The notes beneath the pieces are model-generated. The model was given only the letters and a program-made list of their open reading frames with translations, had not been told where the DNA came from and ran no database searches. The position numbers and the translations under genes are program-made. 64,000 nt of DNA from Actinomycetota bacterium (GTDB lineage: Bacteria; Actinomycetota; Actinomycetes; S36-B12; UBA10799). Positions 1 to 11,187 of the stretch are shown here, piece by piece. Where the stretch lies: the NCBI GenBank assembly GCA_963169255.1, contig CAUJEJ010000086.1, positions 26,981-90,980 of the forward strand. Direction: 5' to 3'. The first letter of the stretch is position 1. Every line of letters begins with the position of its first letter.

Positions 1-388
1 TGCCACCCGAGGCGGGGCTAGCAAACACCGGCAGCTTGAGTTCGCTTGCTTTGTCGAATGCGGCAATCACAAGCTGGCAAGCGGCCCGGCCGACCGATCC
101 TGCAAGGAAATCAAAGTCGCCGAGTAGCAACACGGTTCGGTCACCTGCAATGTCTGCTGTGCCGACCACGACCGACTCGGTGCGCCCGGTTGCTTCGCGC
201 GCTTTGGCGAGCTCGGACGCGTATTCGCCCTCGGGTGGGCCGGGATCAAGCTCGATACCCAGGTCAGCAGGTCCCCACTCAACGAAGGTCCCCCGGTCTA
301 CGAGTTCATCAATGAGCGCGCTCACACCAATGCGGGACACAGGGAGCACGCTAGCGTGCGTCCGATCGTTGCACTCGAATCTGGGCAT
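1..388 (-). CDS. carboxyltransferase-domain protein (AccD / acetyl-CoA carboxylase beta-like), N-terminal part; the gene runs off the left edge
   Basis: My own minus-strand translation from ATG 388..386 reads MPRFECNDRTHASVLPVSRIGVSALIDELVDRGTFVEWGP...LLLGDFDFLAGSVGRAACQLVIAAFDKASELKLPVFASPASGG and stays open to position 1. It resembles the N-terminal half of carboxyl-transferase subunits. It is absent from the ORF track because no stop lies in the window. Confidence 0.55.
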   Translation of the reverse strand, partial: MPRFECNDRTHASVLPVSRIGVSALIDELVDRGTFVEWGPADLGIELDPGPPEGEYASELAKAREATGRTESVVVGTADIAGDRTVLLLGDFDFLAGSVGRAACQLVIAAFDKASELKLPVFASPASGG

Positions 389-474
389 GTTGATGGTGTT
401 TGATGGAGCGCAAACCAGTGTTGGCGGACGTAGTCGCTTAATAGACTTCGCCGCCCAATTATGGAGGATGCGCG

Positions 475-1722
475 ATGACTTGGGACTCACACGCGACCCT
501 CGCCCGGCTGAACGAAGCGACTCGGGACCTTGATCCACCGCTTGCCGTCATCGACCTAGCCGCATTCGACAGCAACCGCCGGGACATTGCTCGTCGCGCA
601 GGCGGGTGCACTGTGCGGGTTGCGAGCAAGTCGCTACGGGTCCGCTGGGCACTTGACGAAGCACTTCGACATTCGCAGTTTGCCGGGGTCTTGGCGTACA
701 CCTTGCCCGAGGCGATCTGGCTCGCAACACCAACCGCGAACGAACCGGGAATTGACGATGTGGTTGTCGGGTACCCGACGGTAGATGGGGGTGCGTTGCG
801 CGCGCTGTGCGCGGACCCTGTGCTGCTCGAGCGTGTAACGCTCATGATTGACGATGCCGCGCATCTGGAACTAATCCGTGTAGCAGCCTCCGCGGCTGGG
901 GCAACCGTCAAAGTGTGCATCGACGTGGATTCATCGTGGCGCCCACGGCCACCCGGATTGCGAAGTGCACTCCACATCGGAGCGCAACGCTCGCCGCTTC
1001 ACGACAAGGCCGACGTGATTGCGTTCGCAGCCCAGGTCATGTCGTCGCAGCACATCAGGCTAGATGGCCTCATGTTCTACGAGGCACAAGTAGCTGGCGT
1101 CGCAAACGAACCACCCAACCAACGGCTCCGCGGACGTGCGATTCGAACCATGCAAACTGCATCCATCCGCGAACTTGCAGTGCGGCGCCCAATGATTGTG
1201 AATGCCGTCAACGAACTCCTCACGCAACGAACTGGCCAAGGGCTACGCTTCGTCAACGCTGGCGGCACCGGCTCGCTTGAGAGCTCCTCATCCGACAGCT
1301 CAGTCAGCGAAGTGACCGCGGGTTCGGGGTTCTTTGGGCCAACCCTGTTCGACGGTTACCGTCACTTCAGCTTGAGCCCAGCGGCGTTGTTCGCCTTGCC
1401 CGTCGTTCGAAGGCCAAACCCGGGGACGGTGACGGTCCTCGGAGGCGGCTACATCGCATCAGGCATAGCCGATCCGAATCGGCTCCCGACGCCATGGCTG
1501 CCTGCAGGTCTGTCGCTAGACAGCCAAGAGGGTGCCGGCGAAGTCCAAACACCGTTGCATGGGAAGGCCGCAGCCGCACTTGCGATCGGTGACCGCGTCT
1601 GGTTTCGCCACGCGAAGGCGGGTGAGCTCGCTGAACATTTCAACGACGTGACATTGGTCCGCGGCTCGGAAGCGATCGCCGAGACTCCGACTTACCGTGG
1701 CGAGGGCAAAGCCTTCCTCTGA
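475..1722 (+). CDS. PLP-dependent amino-acid deaminase/aldolase-like protein (alanine racemase N-terminal domain family)
   Basis: 415-aa ORF with GGAGG (463-467) 7 nt upstream of ATG 475. It has a candidate PLP-lysine context VRVASKSLRV and an overall D-serine dehydratase/D-threonine aldolase-like layout. The family assignment is from recall, not a search. Confidence 0.6.
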   Translation: MTWDSHATLARLNEATRDLDPPLAVIDLAAFDSNRRDIARRAGGCTVRVASKSLRVRWALDEALRHSQFAGVLAYTLPEAIWLATPTANEPGIDDVVVGYPTVDGGALRALCADPVLLERVTLMIDDAAHLELIRVAASAAGATVKVCIDVDSSWRPRPPGLRSALHIGAQRSPLHDKADVIAFAAQVMSSQHIRLDGLMFYEAQVAGVANEPPNQRLRGRAIRTMQTASIRELAVRRPMIVNAVNELLTQRTGQGLRFVNAGGTGSLESSSSDSSVSEVTAGSGFFGPTLFDGYRHFSLSPAALFALPVVRRPNPGTVTVLGGGYIASGIADPNRLPTPWLPAGLSLDSQEGAGEVQTPLHGKAAAALAIGDRVWFRHAKAGELAEHFNDVTLVRGSEAIAETPTYRGEGKAFL

Positions 1723-1796
1723 CAGTGCCTGCTCATTCGTTCGTTTTGGTAGCAATTGCCGATAGCGTGCCCGTGTTACCAACACGAAGGAGCGCA

Positions 1797-3422
1797 ATGA
1801 GCGAGAGCAACACGGCACCGGTCGACGCCAACGAAGCGGCGCAGGGGTCTGCGAACAAATGGCTCGCGCTCGCCGCGATGATGTTCGCGGTTTCGATGAT
1901 GTTCATCGATCAAACAATCGTCTCGATCGCGATTCCCACCATTCAGACCGAACTCGGGCTCTCAGAGGCGGGCGTTCAATGGGTGATCAACGGGTACCTG
2001 TTGTCACTTTCGGCGTTCTTTGCCCTCGGTGGACGCTTGTCGGACATCCTCGGCCACAAGCGCATGGTGCTCCTCGGTGTGACTATCTTCGCGGTGTCGT
2101 CTGCTCTTTGCGGTGCCACACCCGACAACAGCTTCGCTGAAGCCTGGCTCATCGTCTTCCGGATCATTCAGGGAATCGGTGCCGCGCTCCTCTTCCCGGC
2201 CGCCCTAGCGATCGTGGTGTCGACCTTCCCCCTCAAGGAACGCGGCAAGGCCCTCGCACTCTTCTTCGGCATCACCGGAGGTTTGACGGCGATTGGCCCG
2301 ATCATGGGCGGCTACCTGAGTGAATGGACCTGGCGAGCAATCTTCTGGGTGAACGTGCCCGTGGCCATCATTGCCATCGTGCTGACGCTGCTGGCAAAGG
2401 TTCACACCCAACACAAGCGGGAGCCCCTCGACTACTTGGGTGCAGTGCTCATCGCGGCCGGTATGGCGTTCAGCGTCCTTGGCTTGCAGCAGGCGAGTTC
2501 ATGGGGTTGGACCGACCCGAGAACAATCGGTTCAATTGTTCTGGGCCTGATCTTGCTAGCCATATTCGTCAAGGTCGAGACTCGTGTGAAGATCCCGTTG
2601 ATCAAGGTGGAGATCTTCAAAGACCGCGCGTTCTTCGTCGACAACGCCGTGTTGTTCTTCGCGATGATGGCCTTCGTCCCGGTCTTCTTCTTCGCGAGCG
2701 TCTATGCCCAAGCAGTGCTGGGCTACAACGCCACAAATGCCGGGCTGTACCTGTTGGTGTTCTTCGCCGGATTTGCGCCCGCGGTCCAAGTCGGTGGTCG
2801 AATCCTGGACAAGAGTGGTGCTCGTGCCCCGGTGATCATCGGTTGCGCCGTCGCGGCGGTCGGGTTCTTCTTGTGGTCACAGAAACTCACTGACTACAGC
2901 CTCAACGCGCAATGGCCGTACATCGTGATCGCGGGCGCCGGAATCGGCTTACTCCTAGGCCCGGCGAGCACCGACGCGGTGAACCGAGCCATCAATGCTT
3001 CCTACGGCGAAGTCACCGGGATCAACCAGACGATCCGTAATTACGGATCGAGTCTTGGCCTCGCCATCTTCGGCACGTTGCTCATCAACGCGAACAGCTC
3101 AAAAATCGCCGACACCCTGACGAGCTTTGGAGTGCCTGAGTCGCAAGTGAACACGATGGCACGTTCCATCGCGGACGGGTCTGACCAAGGCAGCGACCAA
3201 CTCGCAAGCAACCTTCCGGAGTCCGTCCAGCAACAACTCGCGAGTGCGATCCAACTCGACTTCGCGCAGGCCAACCAAGTTGTCTTCTATGGAATGTCAG
3301 CCGCGCTCGTCGTTGCTTTCGTGGTGGCGTTATTCCATCCGGGCGGGCGGGTGACCGAAGAGGTCCGTGACCCCAACGAATCGGGACCGGTAACGACCGC
3401 TGCGGCCGAGCAGGCCGGGTAG
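1797..3422 (+). CDS. MFS transporter, DHA2 (EmrB/QacA-like, about 14 TM) family
   Basis: Start reset to ATG 1797 (MSESNTAPV...) because GAAGGAG lies at 1786-1792. MFS motif A-like LGGRLSDILGHKRM is present, with many hydrophobic helices and a hydrophilic C-terminal tail. Confidence 0.8.
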   Translation: MSESNTAPVDANEAAQGSANKWLALAAMMFAVSMMFIDQTIVSIAIPTIQTELGLSEAGVQWVINGYLLSLSAFFALGGRLSDILGHKRMVLLGVTIFAVSSALCGATPDNSFAEAWLIVFRIIQGIGAALLFPAALAIVVSTFPLKERGKALALFFGITGGLTAIGPIMGGYLSEWTWRAIFWVNVPVAIIAIVLTLLAKVHTQHKREPLDYLGAVLIAAGMAFSVLGLQQASSWGWTDPRTIGSIVLGLILLAIFVKVETRVKIPLIKVEIFKDRAFFVDNAVLFFAMMAFVPVFFFASVYAQAVLGYNATNAGLYLLVFFAGFAPAVQVGGRILDKSGARAPVIIGCAVAAVGFFLWSQKLTDYSLNAQWPYIVIAGAGIGLLLGPASTDAVNRAINASYGEVTGINQTIRNYGSSLGLAIFGTLLINANSSKIADTLTSFGVPESQVNTMARSIADGSDQGSDQLASNLPESVQQQLASAIQLDFAQANQVVFYGMSAALVVAFVVALFHPGGRVTEEVRDPNESGPVTTAAAEQAG

Positions 3423-4268
3423 CTAGAGGCGGCAGGCGAGAATGTCGGTCACGAGAATCCCGCGGCCACCGAGGTCGTAGAGGGCATCCATGACACCGTG
3501 GACCTCTGCTCGCTTGACCATGGCGCGAACGGCGAACCAGCCTTCATCGCGCAGAGGCGAGATGGTCGGCGACTCCAGACCTGGAGTGATTGCGCTGGCT
3601 GCATCGAGCTGTTCGGCCTTGATGTCGTAATCAACCATGACGTAGAGGCGCGCTGCGAGCACACCCTCGACTCGGCGGATGAAGTTCGCGGCTGCCGCAT
3701 CGGGCTCGGATGCGGCAGGTCGGATGAGGAGGCCCTCACTGCGCAATAGCGTGTCACCGACTACCTCGAGGCCCGCCTTTCTCAAGGTCGTGCCGGTATC
3801 GACTACGTCGGCAACGGCGTCGGCGACCCCGAGCGCAACGGCATTCTCAACAGCGCCGTCAAGCTTCACGATTGTGGCGGTGACGCCATTGCGATCGAGT
3901 TCGTTCTGAAGTACCCCGGGGTAGGACGTTGCAATCCGCTTGCCGTCGAAGTCCTGGATGCTCGTCGCGACACCCTGCGGTGCAGCCAGCCGAAACGTCG
4001 ATGCACCGAAACCGAGTGGAAGTACCTCCACAGCCGTCGCCGCTGAATCCAACAACATGTCGCGTCCGGTGAACCCGAGGTCAAGGCGACCCGCGCCAAC
4101 GTAGACAGCGATGTCGCGCGGACGCAGGAAGAAAAACTCAGCGTCGTTCTCCGGATCAGCCACAACCAGTTCGTTGCCGCGGCTGGCACGGATATACCCA
4201 GCTTCGCTGAGGATCTTTCGGGCAGGCTCAGAGAGCGCGCCCTTGTTCGGTACTGCTATCCGGAGCAC
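3423..4268 (-). CDS. hisG: ATP phosphoribosyltransferase, long form
   Basis: 281 aa. N-terminus MLRIAVPNKGALSEPARKILSEAGY, with a C-terminal regulatory domain. GTG start preceded by GAAAGG. Confidence 0.95.
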   Translation of the reverse strand: MLRIAVPNKGALSEPARKILSEAGYIRASRGNELVVADPENDAEFFFLRPRDIAVYVGAGRLDLGFTGRDMLLDSAATAVEVLPLGFGASTFRLAAPQGVATSIQDFDGKRIATSYPGVLQNELDRNGVTATIVKLDGAVENAVALGVADAVADVVDTGTTLRKAGLEVVGDTLLRSEGLLIRPAASEPDAAAANFIRRVEGVLAARLYVMVDYDIKAEQLDAASAITPGLESPTISPLRDEGWFAVRAMVKRAEVHGVMDALYDLGGRGILVTDILACRL

Positions 4269-4334
4269 TGTGCACCTTTCACGTTCTTAGCGGAAGTTCT
4301 CGATCGATCTCGTTGCCGCGCATCGCGCGGCGGT

Positions 4335-4598
4335 TCAGAGTTGTTTGTAGATGTCGGCTGGGGTAATTCCGCGGGCCACCATCATCACAGCTGCGTGGTA
4401 GAGCAATTGGGAGATCTCTTCTGCGGTCCGCTCATTGCCTTCATACTCGGCAGCCATCCAGACCTCGGCGGCTTCTTCAACGACCTTCTTGCCAATCTCG
4501 TGGACGCCTCCCGCGAGGAGCTTCACGGTGTTGGATTCCGCATCGCCGGATTCTGCACGTGCTACTAGTTCGTCGTAGAGCTCGTCAAAGGTCTTCAC
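4335..4598 (-). CDS. hisE: phosphoribosyl-ATP pyrophosphohydrolase
   Basis: 87 aa: [15 protein letters not shown]...[13 protein letters not shown]...[13 protein letters not shown]. The GTG start overlaps the ribH stop (GTGA at 4595-4598). Confidence 0.9.
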   Translation of the reverse strand: MKTFDELYDELVARAESGDAESNTVKLLAGGVHEIGKKVVEEAAEVWMAAEYEGNERTAEEISQLLYHAAVMMVARGITPADIYKQL

Positions 4599-5098
4599 CC
4601 TGCGAAGCCTAGCCCGCCGCTATTCGCGCGCGCCCGAATGTCCTTGAGAGTGAGTGCTGTCGAGATCGCAGCGAGCGCGGCTTCGCGACCTTTGTTCTCA
4701 ACCGAGTCGGGAAGTCCCGCCCGGGCGAGCGCCTGTTCCTGCGTGTCGCACGTGAGCACGCCAAATCCCATCGGGACGCCGGTATCGAGAGCGACTCTGG
4801 TCAGCCCATCGGTGGCGGCGTTGCAGACGTAGTCGAAATGCGGGGTTCCGCCACGGATTACAACTCCGAGAGCGACGATTGCATCCGCTGATGGTGCAGC
4901 TGCCGCAGCCACGATCGGCAACTCAAATGTGCCCGGAACCATCACCAGTTCGTGCGTTGCACTCGCCTCATCGAGGAGTTCTGCAGCTCCCGCAATCAGC
5001 CCACCCATGACCTGTTGATGCCAACTGCTCGCCACGATCGTCACCTTCAGCCCGGAGGCATCGGGAACGATTGGTGTCGGATCAGTGTTTGCGCTCAC
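4595..5098 (-). CDS. ribH: 6,7-dimethyl-8-ribityllumazine synthase
   Basis: 167 aa with motifs VPGTFELP and GGTPHFDYV. The GTG start overlaps the ribBA stop (GTGA at 5095-5098). Confidence 0.95.
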   Translation of the reverse strand: MSANTDPTPIVPDASGLKVTIVASSWHQQVMGGLIAGAAELLDEASATHELVMVPGTFELPIVAAAAAPSADAIVALGVVIRGGTPHFDYVCNAATDGLTRVALDTGVPMGFGVLTCDTQEQALARAGLPDSVENKGREAALAAISTALTLKDIRARANSGGLGFAG

Positions 5099-6456
5099 GA
5101 GTGCTCCGCTCCTGTTTGCCGTTGGGTCTCACTGACGGCTGATTCATCGCTAGTCACGAGGTGGTGTCCCATCCGTGCGGCCTTTGTTTGCAGGTAGGCC
5201 GCATTGTGCTCATTCGGTTCGATCTCGAGCGGCTCGCGACCCGTCACCGAGATTCCGTAACCTTCCAGGCCCGCCAGCTTCGCCGGATTGTTCGTTAGGA
5301 GGCGCATGCTGCGAACTCCTAGATCCACCAGAATCTGGGCGCCTGTGCCGTAGTCGCGGGAATCTGCTGGCAAGCCGAGCAACAAGTTGGCGTCGACAGT
5401 GTCTGCGCCTTCATCTTGGAGGTGATAGGCGCGCAACTTCTGCAACAGCCCGATGCCACGGCCTTCGTGACCACGCACGTACAGAACAACGCCGCGGCCC
5501 TCTACCGCCACCCGACCAAGTGCAGCGTTGAGTTGCGGTCCACAATCACACCGCAGCGATCCCATGACATCACCGGTGAGGCACTCAGAGTGAACCCTGA
5601 CCAGCACGTCTTCCCCGTCGCCGATGTCGCCGAACACAAGCGCTAGGTGTTCGAGGGAGTCCATGGTGTCGCGGTAACCAAAGGCAGAGAACTCGCCATG
5701 CTCCGTTGGCAGCACGGCCTGCGCGACGCGTTCAACGAACGATTCTTGGTGGCGGATGTACGCGATGAGATCCGCGATCGAGATCATCGACATCGAATGC
5801 TGATCGGCAAACTCACGACATTGCGGAGCGCGCATCATCGTTCCGTCGTCGTTGACGAGTTCACAAATCGCTCCCGCTGGCGGCAGACCCGCAAGGCGGG
5901 CCAGGTCGACCGCAGCTTCGGTGTGACCAGCACGACGCAGCACTCCCCCGGGTACTGCGCGCAGCGGGAACACGTGACCGGGCCTGGTGATGTCGCTGGC
6001 GTCGGTCGCAGAGTCGATCAAGATTCGAATGGTGTGTGCACGGTCCGCCGCCGAGATTCCCGTCGTGACTCCCTCGCGGGCGTCGACACTGACGGCATAC
6101 GCGGTCTGTTTGCGGTCCTCGTTGACGTGGGTCATCGGAGGAAGGCTCAAGCGATCCAGATCGTCGCCGTTCATCGGAACGCACAAGACACCGCTGGTGT
6201 GCCGAATCATGAATGCGACCAGTTCTGGTGTCGCCTTGCTTGCGGCGAAGATGAGATCGCCTACATTTTCGCGGTCTTCGTCGTCAACGACGACCACGGC
6301 CTTCCCCGCTCGTATGTCGGCGATGGCCACTTCAATCGGGTCAAGCCCCACACTTGTGACCGAGCTCGCGCCCGGCCGGGTCGCTGCATTCAGATCTCGT
6401 GGCGCTGCCTCTTTAGGCCGGTCTTCAGACTTCAATAGCTCGTCAGCAGGAATCAT
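5095..6456 (-). CDS. ribBA: bifunctional 3,4-dihydroxy-2-butanone-4-phosphate synthase / GTP cyclohydrolase II
   Basis: 453 aa. DHBP-synthase motif [17 protein letters not shown] and GCH-II zinc motif HSECLTGDV...SLRCDCG. ATGA overlap with the ribE stop (6453-6456). Confidence 0.95.
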   Translation of the reverse strand: MIPADELLKSEDRPKEAAPRDLNAATRPGASSVTSVGLDPIEVAIADIRAGKAVVVVDDEDRENVGDLIFAASKATPELVAFMIRHTSGVLCVPMNGDDLDRLSLPPMTHVNEDRKQTAYAVSVDAREGVTTGISAADRAHTIRILIDSATDASDITRPGHVFPLRAVPGGVLRRAGHTEAAVDLARLAGLPPAGAICELVNDDGTMMRAPQCREFADQHSMSMISIADLIAYIRHQESFVERVAQAVLPTEHGEFSAFGYRDTMDSLEHLALVFGDIGDGEDVLVRVHSECLTGDVMGSLRCDCGPQLNAALGRVAVEGRGVVLYVRGHEGRGIGLLQKLRAYHLQDEGADTVDANLLLGLPADSRDYGTGAQILVDLGVRSMRLLTNNPAKLAGLEGYGISVTGREPLEIEPNEHNAAYLQTKAARMGHHLVTSDESAVSETQRQTGAEHS

Positions 6457-7067
6457 GAGCGAGCACCACCCTCCAGCAAACGCGCCACATATTTGGCGAG
6501 GACATCGGTCTCAATGTTGACGTGCGCACCAACGTCCGTTGCACCGAGGGTCGTTTCTGCCAACGTCGTGGGAATAAGCGATACCTCGAACCAACTGCGG
6601 GTTCCCTGATCCCCCACCCCACTTACCGTCAACGAAACCCCATCAACGGTCACCGATCCCTTGAGGGCAATGAACCGCGCGTGTGCTGGGTCGACCTCAA
6701 ACCGAAATACCTCCCAGTGCTGCGACGGAACACGCTCTTGAAGAGTTGCGACGGCGTCAACGTGCCCGGACACGATGTGTCCACCGAGCCGCGAGGTCGC
6801 TTGGACAGCCCGCTCGAGATTCACCCGCTTTCCGGGCGCAAGCGCGCCGATGGACGTGTGGTTCAAGGTCTCGGCCATTACGTCAGCGCTGAAGGACTCG
6901 GCATCGAAGTCGATAACGGTTAGGCACACGCCACTGACCGCGATCGAACAGCCAAGTTGGGCATCGCTGACAACCTTTGGGCCCTTCACCGTGAGCTTGG
7001 CAGCATTCCCATCGAGTACCTCGATCGCGGCGATGGTGCCGACTTCTTCAACGATTCCGGTGAACAT
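6453..7067 (-). CDS. ribE: riboflavin synthase (alpha chain)
   Basis: Start reset to ATG 7067 to give the canonical [12 protein letters not shown]-terminus, with AGGAGG 11 nt upstream. It overlaps the ribD 3' end by 20 nt. The ORF-track start at 7115 is probably an over-extension. Confidence 0.9.
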   Translation of the reverse strand: MFTGIVEEVGTIAAIEVLDGNAAKLTVKGPKVVSDAQLGCSIAVSGVCLTVIDFDAESFSADVMAETLNHTSIGALAPGKRVNLERAVQATSRLGGHIVSGHVDAVATLQERVPSQHWEVFRFEVDPAHARFIALKGSVTVDGVSLTVSGVGDQGTRSWFEVSLIPTTLAETTLGATDVGAHVNIETDVLAKYVARLLEGGARS

Positions 7068-8094
7068 CGGTGACCGGACCTCCTGAATCCTGCGGGGTGA
7101 TTGGGGTGAGGTCAATTCTCACATCACTTCCAACGCTCGTCACGCCATTGCGCTGCCAGCGTGATGCCTCATCAATTGTGGTGATCCCGAGGTCAGCTAT
7201 CGCATTGCGCCCCCCGCCGATCAGTACTGGCGCGACGTACCAGACCAGTTCGTCAACGAGGGACTCACGAATCATCGATGTCGCAAGGGTGGGACCGCCT
7301 TCCACCAGTACGCTTCGGATGCCTCGCTCGAATAGCTGTGTCATCGCGTAACCAAGGTCTCGCGTTTGCAGCCTTAGAGCACCCGATTGGCACACCTGCA
7401 GCGCTGGCGGAAGTTCGCGCAAGCCGATCACCACTCGGTGCGGCTGGCGCATCGCACCTGGGCGGCGGTCCGTGAGTGCCGGGTCGTCGGCCAACGCCGT
7501 GCCCGTTCCAACGACAACCGCATCTACGTCGGACCGCATTTGGTGGACCTGTTCGCGCGCGAGTTCACCGGTAATCCATCTACTCGTGCCGTCGGCCGCC
7601 GCGATGCGTCCGTCAAGCGAAGACGCAATCTTCAGGGTCACAAACGGGCGGCCCCGTCTGACCGCGATGCTCCAGCGGTGGTTCAGTTCATTTGCGCCAG
7701 AACTACTCGCATCCACCTCGACGTCAATGCCTGCTTCGCGGAGTACCTGTGCACCGCCGGCGGCTGCTGGGTTCGGGTCCACGACGGCGAAGACCACTCG
7801 GCGCACACCAGCCGATATCAGAGCCGCGGTACAGGGCCCGGTCCGCCCCGTGTGAGCGCAGGGTTCGAGTGTGACCACTGCCGTGGCCCCCCGGGCTCGT
7901 TCACCAGCATTGCGCAGTGCGACCACTTCGGCGTGGGGTTGCCCTGCGCCGTGGTGGGCGCCCTGGGAAATTACTGTGCCGTCGGGATCGAGCAACACGC
8001 ATCCGACTCGCGGATTAGGGCCGAAATCGGCGACAACAGAACCCGCTAGGTCCGCCGCTGTAGCCATTGCGGCTGCCTCGGCGGACGTGACCAT
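7048..8094 (-). CDS. ribD: bifunctional diaminohydroxyphosphoribosylaminopyrimidine deaminase / 5-amino-6-(5-phosphoribosylamino)uracil reductase
   Basis: Deaminase zinc motif HAEVVAL...EPCAHTGRTGPC, followed by a reductase domain. Start set at ATG 8094 (AGGGAG 7 nt upstream); ATG 8139 is the alternative. Confidence 0.9.
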   Translation of the reverse strand: MVTSAEAAAMATAADLAGSVVADFGPNPRVGCVLLDPDGTVISQGAHHGAGQPHAEVVALRNAGERARGATAVVTLEPCAHTGRTGPCTAALISAGVRRVVFAVVDPNPAAAGGAQVLREAGIDVEVDASSSGANELNHRWSIAVRRGRPFVTLKIASSLDGRIAAADGTSRWITGELAREQVHQMRSDVDAVVVGTGTALADDPALTDRRPGAMRQPHRVVIGLRELPPALQVCQSGALRLQTRDLGYAMTQLFERGIRSVLVEGGPTLATSMIRESLVDELVWYVAPVLIGGGRNAIADLGITTIDEASRWQRNGVTSVGSDVRIDLTPITPQDSGGPVTDVHRNR

Positions 8095-8203
8095 CGGAGC
8101 ACTCCCTAGCCTCGACTGAGTCGGCTGCGAACCAGCCAACGCATCAATAGTGATCTATCAGGGTCCGCTCTGACTAATGGCTATTACTGTTCAGTGGTTC
8201 CGG

Positions 8204-8866
8204 TCACGCATTAGCAGCGACCGCGGCCGCCCGAATCCTGGCGATCGCTTCCACCGGATCGGCTGCGCCGTACACCGACGACCCAGCGACAAAGACATTC
8301 GCACCGGCTTCGGCCGCCTGCTCGACAGTATTGACGTCAATCCCCCCATCCACCTGAAGCCAGATGTCGGACTCCGGCCCGAGGAGCTCCCGGGTGCGCG
8401 CGATCTTTGGCACCACGACGTCGAGGAACGATTGACCACCGAATCCCGGCTCGACGGTCATGAGGAGGACCATGTCGAGCTCACCGAGCATGTCGGCATA
8501 CGGTTCGATCGCCGTCGCTGGCTTGAGCGCCATTCCCGCCCGAGCGCCAGCGGAACGCAGTGCGCGTGCGAGCCGGATCGGCGCGTGGGCCGCCTCGACA
8601 TGGAACGTCACACTTCCCGCTCCGGCCTCGGCATACGCAGGCGCCCAGCGATCGGGGTCTTCAATCATCAGGTGACAGTCGATCGGAGTCGACACTCGCT
8701 TCAACAGCGCCTCAACGATTGGCAGCCCGAGCGTCAGATTCGGAACGAAGTGGTTGTCCATAACGTCGACGTGAAGCCAGTCTGCCGCTCCCGCGACCCG
8801 CTCACATTCCGCGGCAAGGTCAGCGAAGTCCGACGACAGGATGCTTGGTGAAATTTGTACGCCCAC
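8204..8866 (-). CDS. rpe: ribulose-phosphate 3-epimerase
   Basis: 220 aa with motifs [12 protein letters not shown] and [13 protein letters not shown] start. Confidence 0.95.
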   Translation of the reverse strand: MGVQISPSILSSDFADLAAECERVAGAADWLHVDVMDNHFVPNLTLGLPIVEALLKRVSTPIDCHLMIEDPDRWAPAYAEAGAGSVTFHVEAAHAPIRLARALRSAGARAGMALKPATAIEPYADMLGELDMVLLMTVEPGFGGQSFLDVVVPKIARTRELLGPESDIWLQVDGGIDVNTVEQAAEAGANVFVAGSSVYGAADPVEAIARIRAAAVAANA

Positions 8867-8875
8867 GGGTTCAGG

Positions 8876-10261
8876 CTAGCCCGGTGGTGTGGTGCGTCGC
8901 ATCAGGGAAAAGAACATGCCATCGGTTCCATGTAGGTGTGGCCATAGCCGCACGTTCGGCCCGTTGCCCAAATCTGGCACATTCGGGAATAGCGGGCGAG
9001 AGTCTTCGATCGCAACGTCCTTGCGCCGACGGGTTGCCGTCGACACCACAAGCTCCGTCTCGGCCACGTGCGGAGAGCAAGTCACATACGCGACGACTCC
9101 CCCTGGGCGCACTAGGTCGAGCGCAGAATTGAGAAGTTCGACTTGCAACTTGCGCAGGGCTGGGACGTCACTTGGAGTGCGTCGCCAGCGCAACTCTGGA
9201 CGTCTTCGGACGACGCCCAGTCCTGTGCACGGAACATCCACCAGAACCCGGTCAACGCCGGGGCCGATGGGCGCGTTTCGTGCGTCGCCGACGACGACTC
9301 CGGCAAACCCAGGCACCGGACCAACAGATGTCTCAACGAGCGCGGCACGATGTGGGTGAAGTTCGATACCGACTGTCGAAGCACCGCGCAACGCACCGAT
9401 TGCTGAAAGCAGCGCAACCTTCCCGCCTGGGCCAGCACACAGATCGACCCAGCGCTCGTCGGTTCCCTCAAGCTGAGCGTTCGCTAGGGCAATCGCGACG
9501 AGTTGACTACCCTCGTCTTGCACGCTCGCACGCCGATCTCGTACCGCGGGAAAACCACCAACAGGCCCACTCGGCGCGATCGCGGCATAGGGACTCCACC
9601 GACCAGGTTCGGCGCCTGCCGCGACGAGGTTTTCCACGTTCGCCATACCCGGGCGCGCCGCAAGGGTTACGCGGGCGGGTTCGTTGTTGGCGGCGAGCAG
9701 AGCCGGCAACTCACCTGCGCGCCCGCTTCCGAGGGCGTCGCGAAGTGACGACACCACCCACGTTGGATGGCTGTACTCAAATGCCAATTGTTCATCTGGT
9801 GACGCGCTCGAATCCGACAACGCGGACACCCATGCCTCAACCGATCGGGCACTGATCTTGCGCAGGACCGCGTTCACCAGACCCACGGGCGCTTCGCCCG
9901 CGACACTTCTGGTCAACTCCACTGAGGTATTGACTGCGGCGTAGGCGTCCGTGCGCATCATGAGGCACTGATACGCACCCATCCGCAGGATGTCGAGTAC
10001 GCGTGGGTCGAGCTTTGCTGTGGGTCGTCCACTGCAATGCGCGATCACCGCATCGAGGAGCCCTCGATGACGCAGAGTTCCGTTGACGACCTCCGTGCAG
10101 AAGGCCGCATCTCGAGGGTCTAACTCATGGCTGCGTTGAATCTGCGAGAGCGCAACATTCGCGTAGGCGTCGCCGCTGCCGACCTCGTGCAGCACGTCGT
10201 ACGCGGCCCGGCGGGCCGGATCAATCTTGCTGGCAACGTTCTTGCGCCTCGGCTCGCTCAC
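8876..10261 (-). CDS. rsmB: 16S rRNA (cytosine-C5)-methyltransferase RsmB/Sun family
   Basis: NusB-like N-terminal domain, SAM motif DLCAGPGGK, and catalytic cysteines in DVPCTG and YVTCSP. Start reset to GTG 10261, which overlaps the fmt stop (GTGA at 10258-10261). Confidence 0.85.
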   Translation of the reverse strand: MSEPRRKNVASKIDPARRAAYDVLHEVGSGDAYANVALSQIQRSHELDPRDAAFCTEVVNGTLRHRGLLDAVIAHCSGRPTAKLDPRVLDILRMGAYQCLMMRTDAYAAVNTSVELTRSVAGEAPVGLVNAVLRKISARSVEAWVSALSDSSASPDEQLAFEYSHPTWVVSSLRDALGSGRAGELPALLAANNEPARVTLAARPGMANVENLVAAGAEPGRWSPYAAIAPSGPVGGFPAVRDRRASVQDEGSQLVAIALANAQLEGTDERWVDLCAGPGGKVALLSAIGALRGASTVGIELHPHRAALVETSVGPVPGFAGVVVGDARNAPIGPGVDRVLVDVPCTGLGVVRRRPELRWRRTPSDVPALRKLQVELLNSALDLVRPGGVVAYVTCSPHVAETELVVSTATRRRKDVAIEDSRPLFPNVPDLGNGPNVRLWPHLHGTDGMFFSLMRRTTPPG

Positions 10262-11184
10262 GTCAACACCACATCGGTACCAAGTTGCGCACCACGAGCC
10301 CAATCGGCTGCGGACATTTCACGCTTGCCGGGCGCCCTCACCGTGCTCAACTCGACGGCGGACGTTGCGGTGCCCACGAGGACCTCACGCTTGCCCACGG
10401 ACATGTGTCCGGGCGCAAGTGCTGGCGCGTCGGGTCGGACACTCACCGGACCGAGCTTGAGTCGCTCGTCGCCGCGGGTTGTCCAGGGGCCTGGGGCCGG
10501 CGTGCAGGCCCGGATCTGTCGATCAACTGCGATCGCAGGGTTGCGCCAGTCGATGCGAGCATCCTCGGTGGAGATCTTCGGTGCCATAGAGACGCCTTCG
10601 TTCGGCTGCGCCACGGCCGTGACCTCACCAGACTCGATCGCGTCGAGAGTCCGGGTCAACAGGTGGGCTCCACTCTCGGCGAGTTCACCCAATAGGTCGC
10701 CGGCAGTCTCAGTCGGACGGATTGGCGTCACAACCGTGCCAAAAACGGGACCGGTGTCCATACCTTCATCAAGGCGAAATGTCGTTGCTCCAGTGAGATC
10801 GTCGCCATGCCAAATCGCGTGCTGAACCGGTGCTGCACCCCTCCATGCGGGAAGCAACGAAAAGTGGAGGTTAATCCAGCCATGCTTCGGAATCTTGAGA
10901 ACATCACTGGGCAGTAGCGCGCCGTAGGCGACGACTGGGCAGGCATCGGGTTCTAGCTCGGCCAATGCGCGAATGAAGTCCGGTTCTGCGGGCCGTGTGG
11001 GTTTGAGAATCGGGATTCCATGCTCGGCCGCAAGTGTTGCGACGTCAGAAGGCGTGAGCTTGCGCCCCCTGCCGGTGGGGGCATCGGGGCGGGTGACGAC
11101 TGCCACGACCTCATGGTCCGAGGCAATGAGCGCCGCCAAACTAGGCAACGCGGGCGCGGGAGTTCCTGCAAATACGATCCTCAT
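10258..11184 (-). CDS. fmt: methionyl-tRNA formyltransferase
   Basis: 308 aa. N-terminus MRIVFAGTP and motif [16 protein letters not shown]. Confidence 0.95.
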   Translation of the reverse strand: MRIVFAGTPAPALPSLAALIASDHEVVAVVTRPDAPTGRGRKLTPSDVATLAAEHGIPILKPTRPAEPDFIRALAELEPDACPVVAYGALLPSDVLKIPKHGWINLHFSLLPAWRGAAPVQHAIWHGDDLTGATTFRLDEGMDTGPVFGTVVTPIRPTETAGDLLGELAESGAHLLTRTLDAIESGEVTAVAQPNEGVSMAPKISTEDARIDWRNPAIAVDRQIRACTPAPGPWTTRGDERLKLGPVSVRPDAPALAPGHMSVGKREVLVGTATSAVELSTVRAPGKREMSAADWARGAQLGTDVVLT

Positions 11185-11187
11185 CGC

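Noticed and set aside
36-533. 165-aa plus-strand ORF at the left edge.
   Set aside because: It is Ser/Pro/Ala/Arg-rich and motif-less. The opposite strand encodes a carboxyltransferase-like N-terminus with a sensible sequence, so that call is preferred.
4269-4334. Short GC palindromes after stop codons, considered as a possible dispersed REP-like family. Examples are CCGCGC-gat-GCGCGG after hisE and GACGCG-tatt-GCGCGTG at about 45230-45250 after the Trp-associated membrane gene.
   Set aside because: The two sequences share only a CGCG core. They are too short and dissimilar to call a repeat family. They may be small stem-loops, but there is no U-tract or other support.
8095-8203. Possible FMN riboswitch in front of ribD.
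   Set aside because: Only about 109 nt are available. Reading the minus strand shows no FMN-aptamer core (no GGGGCAGGGTGAAATTCCC-like segment). It shows only an AGGGAG SD.
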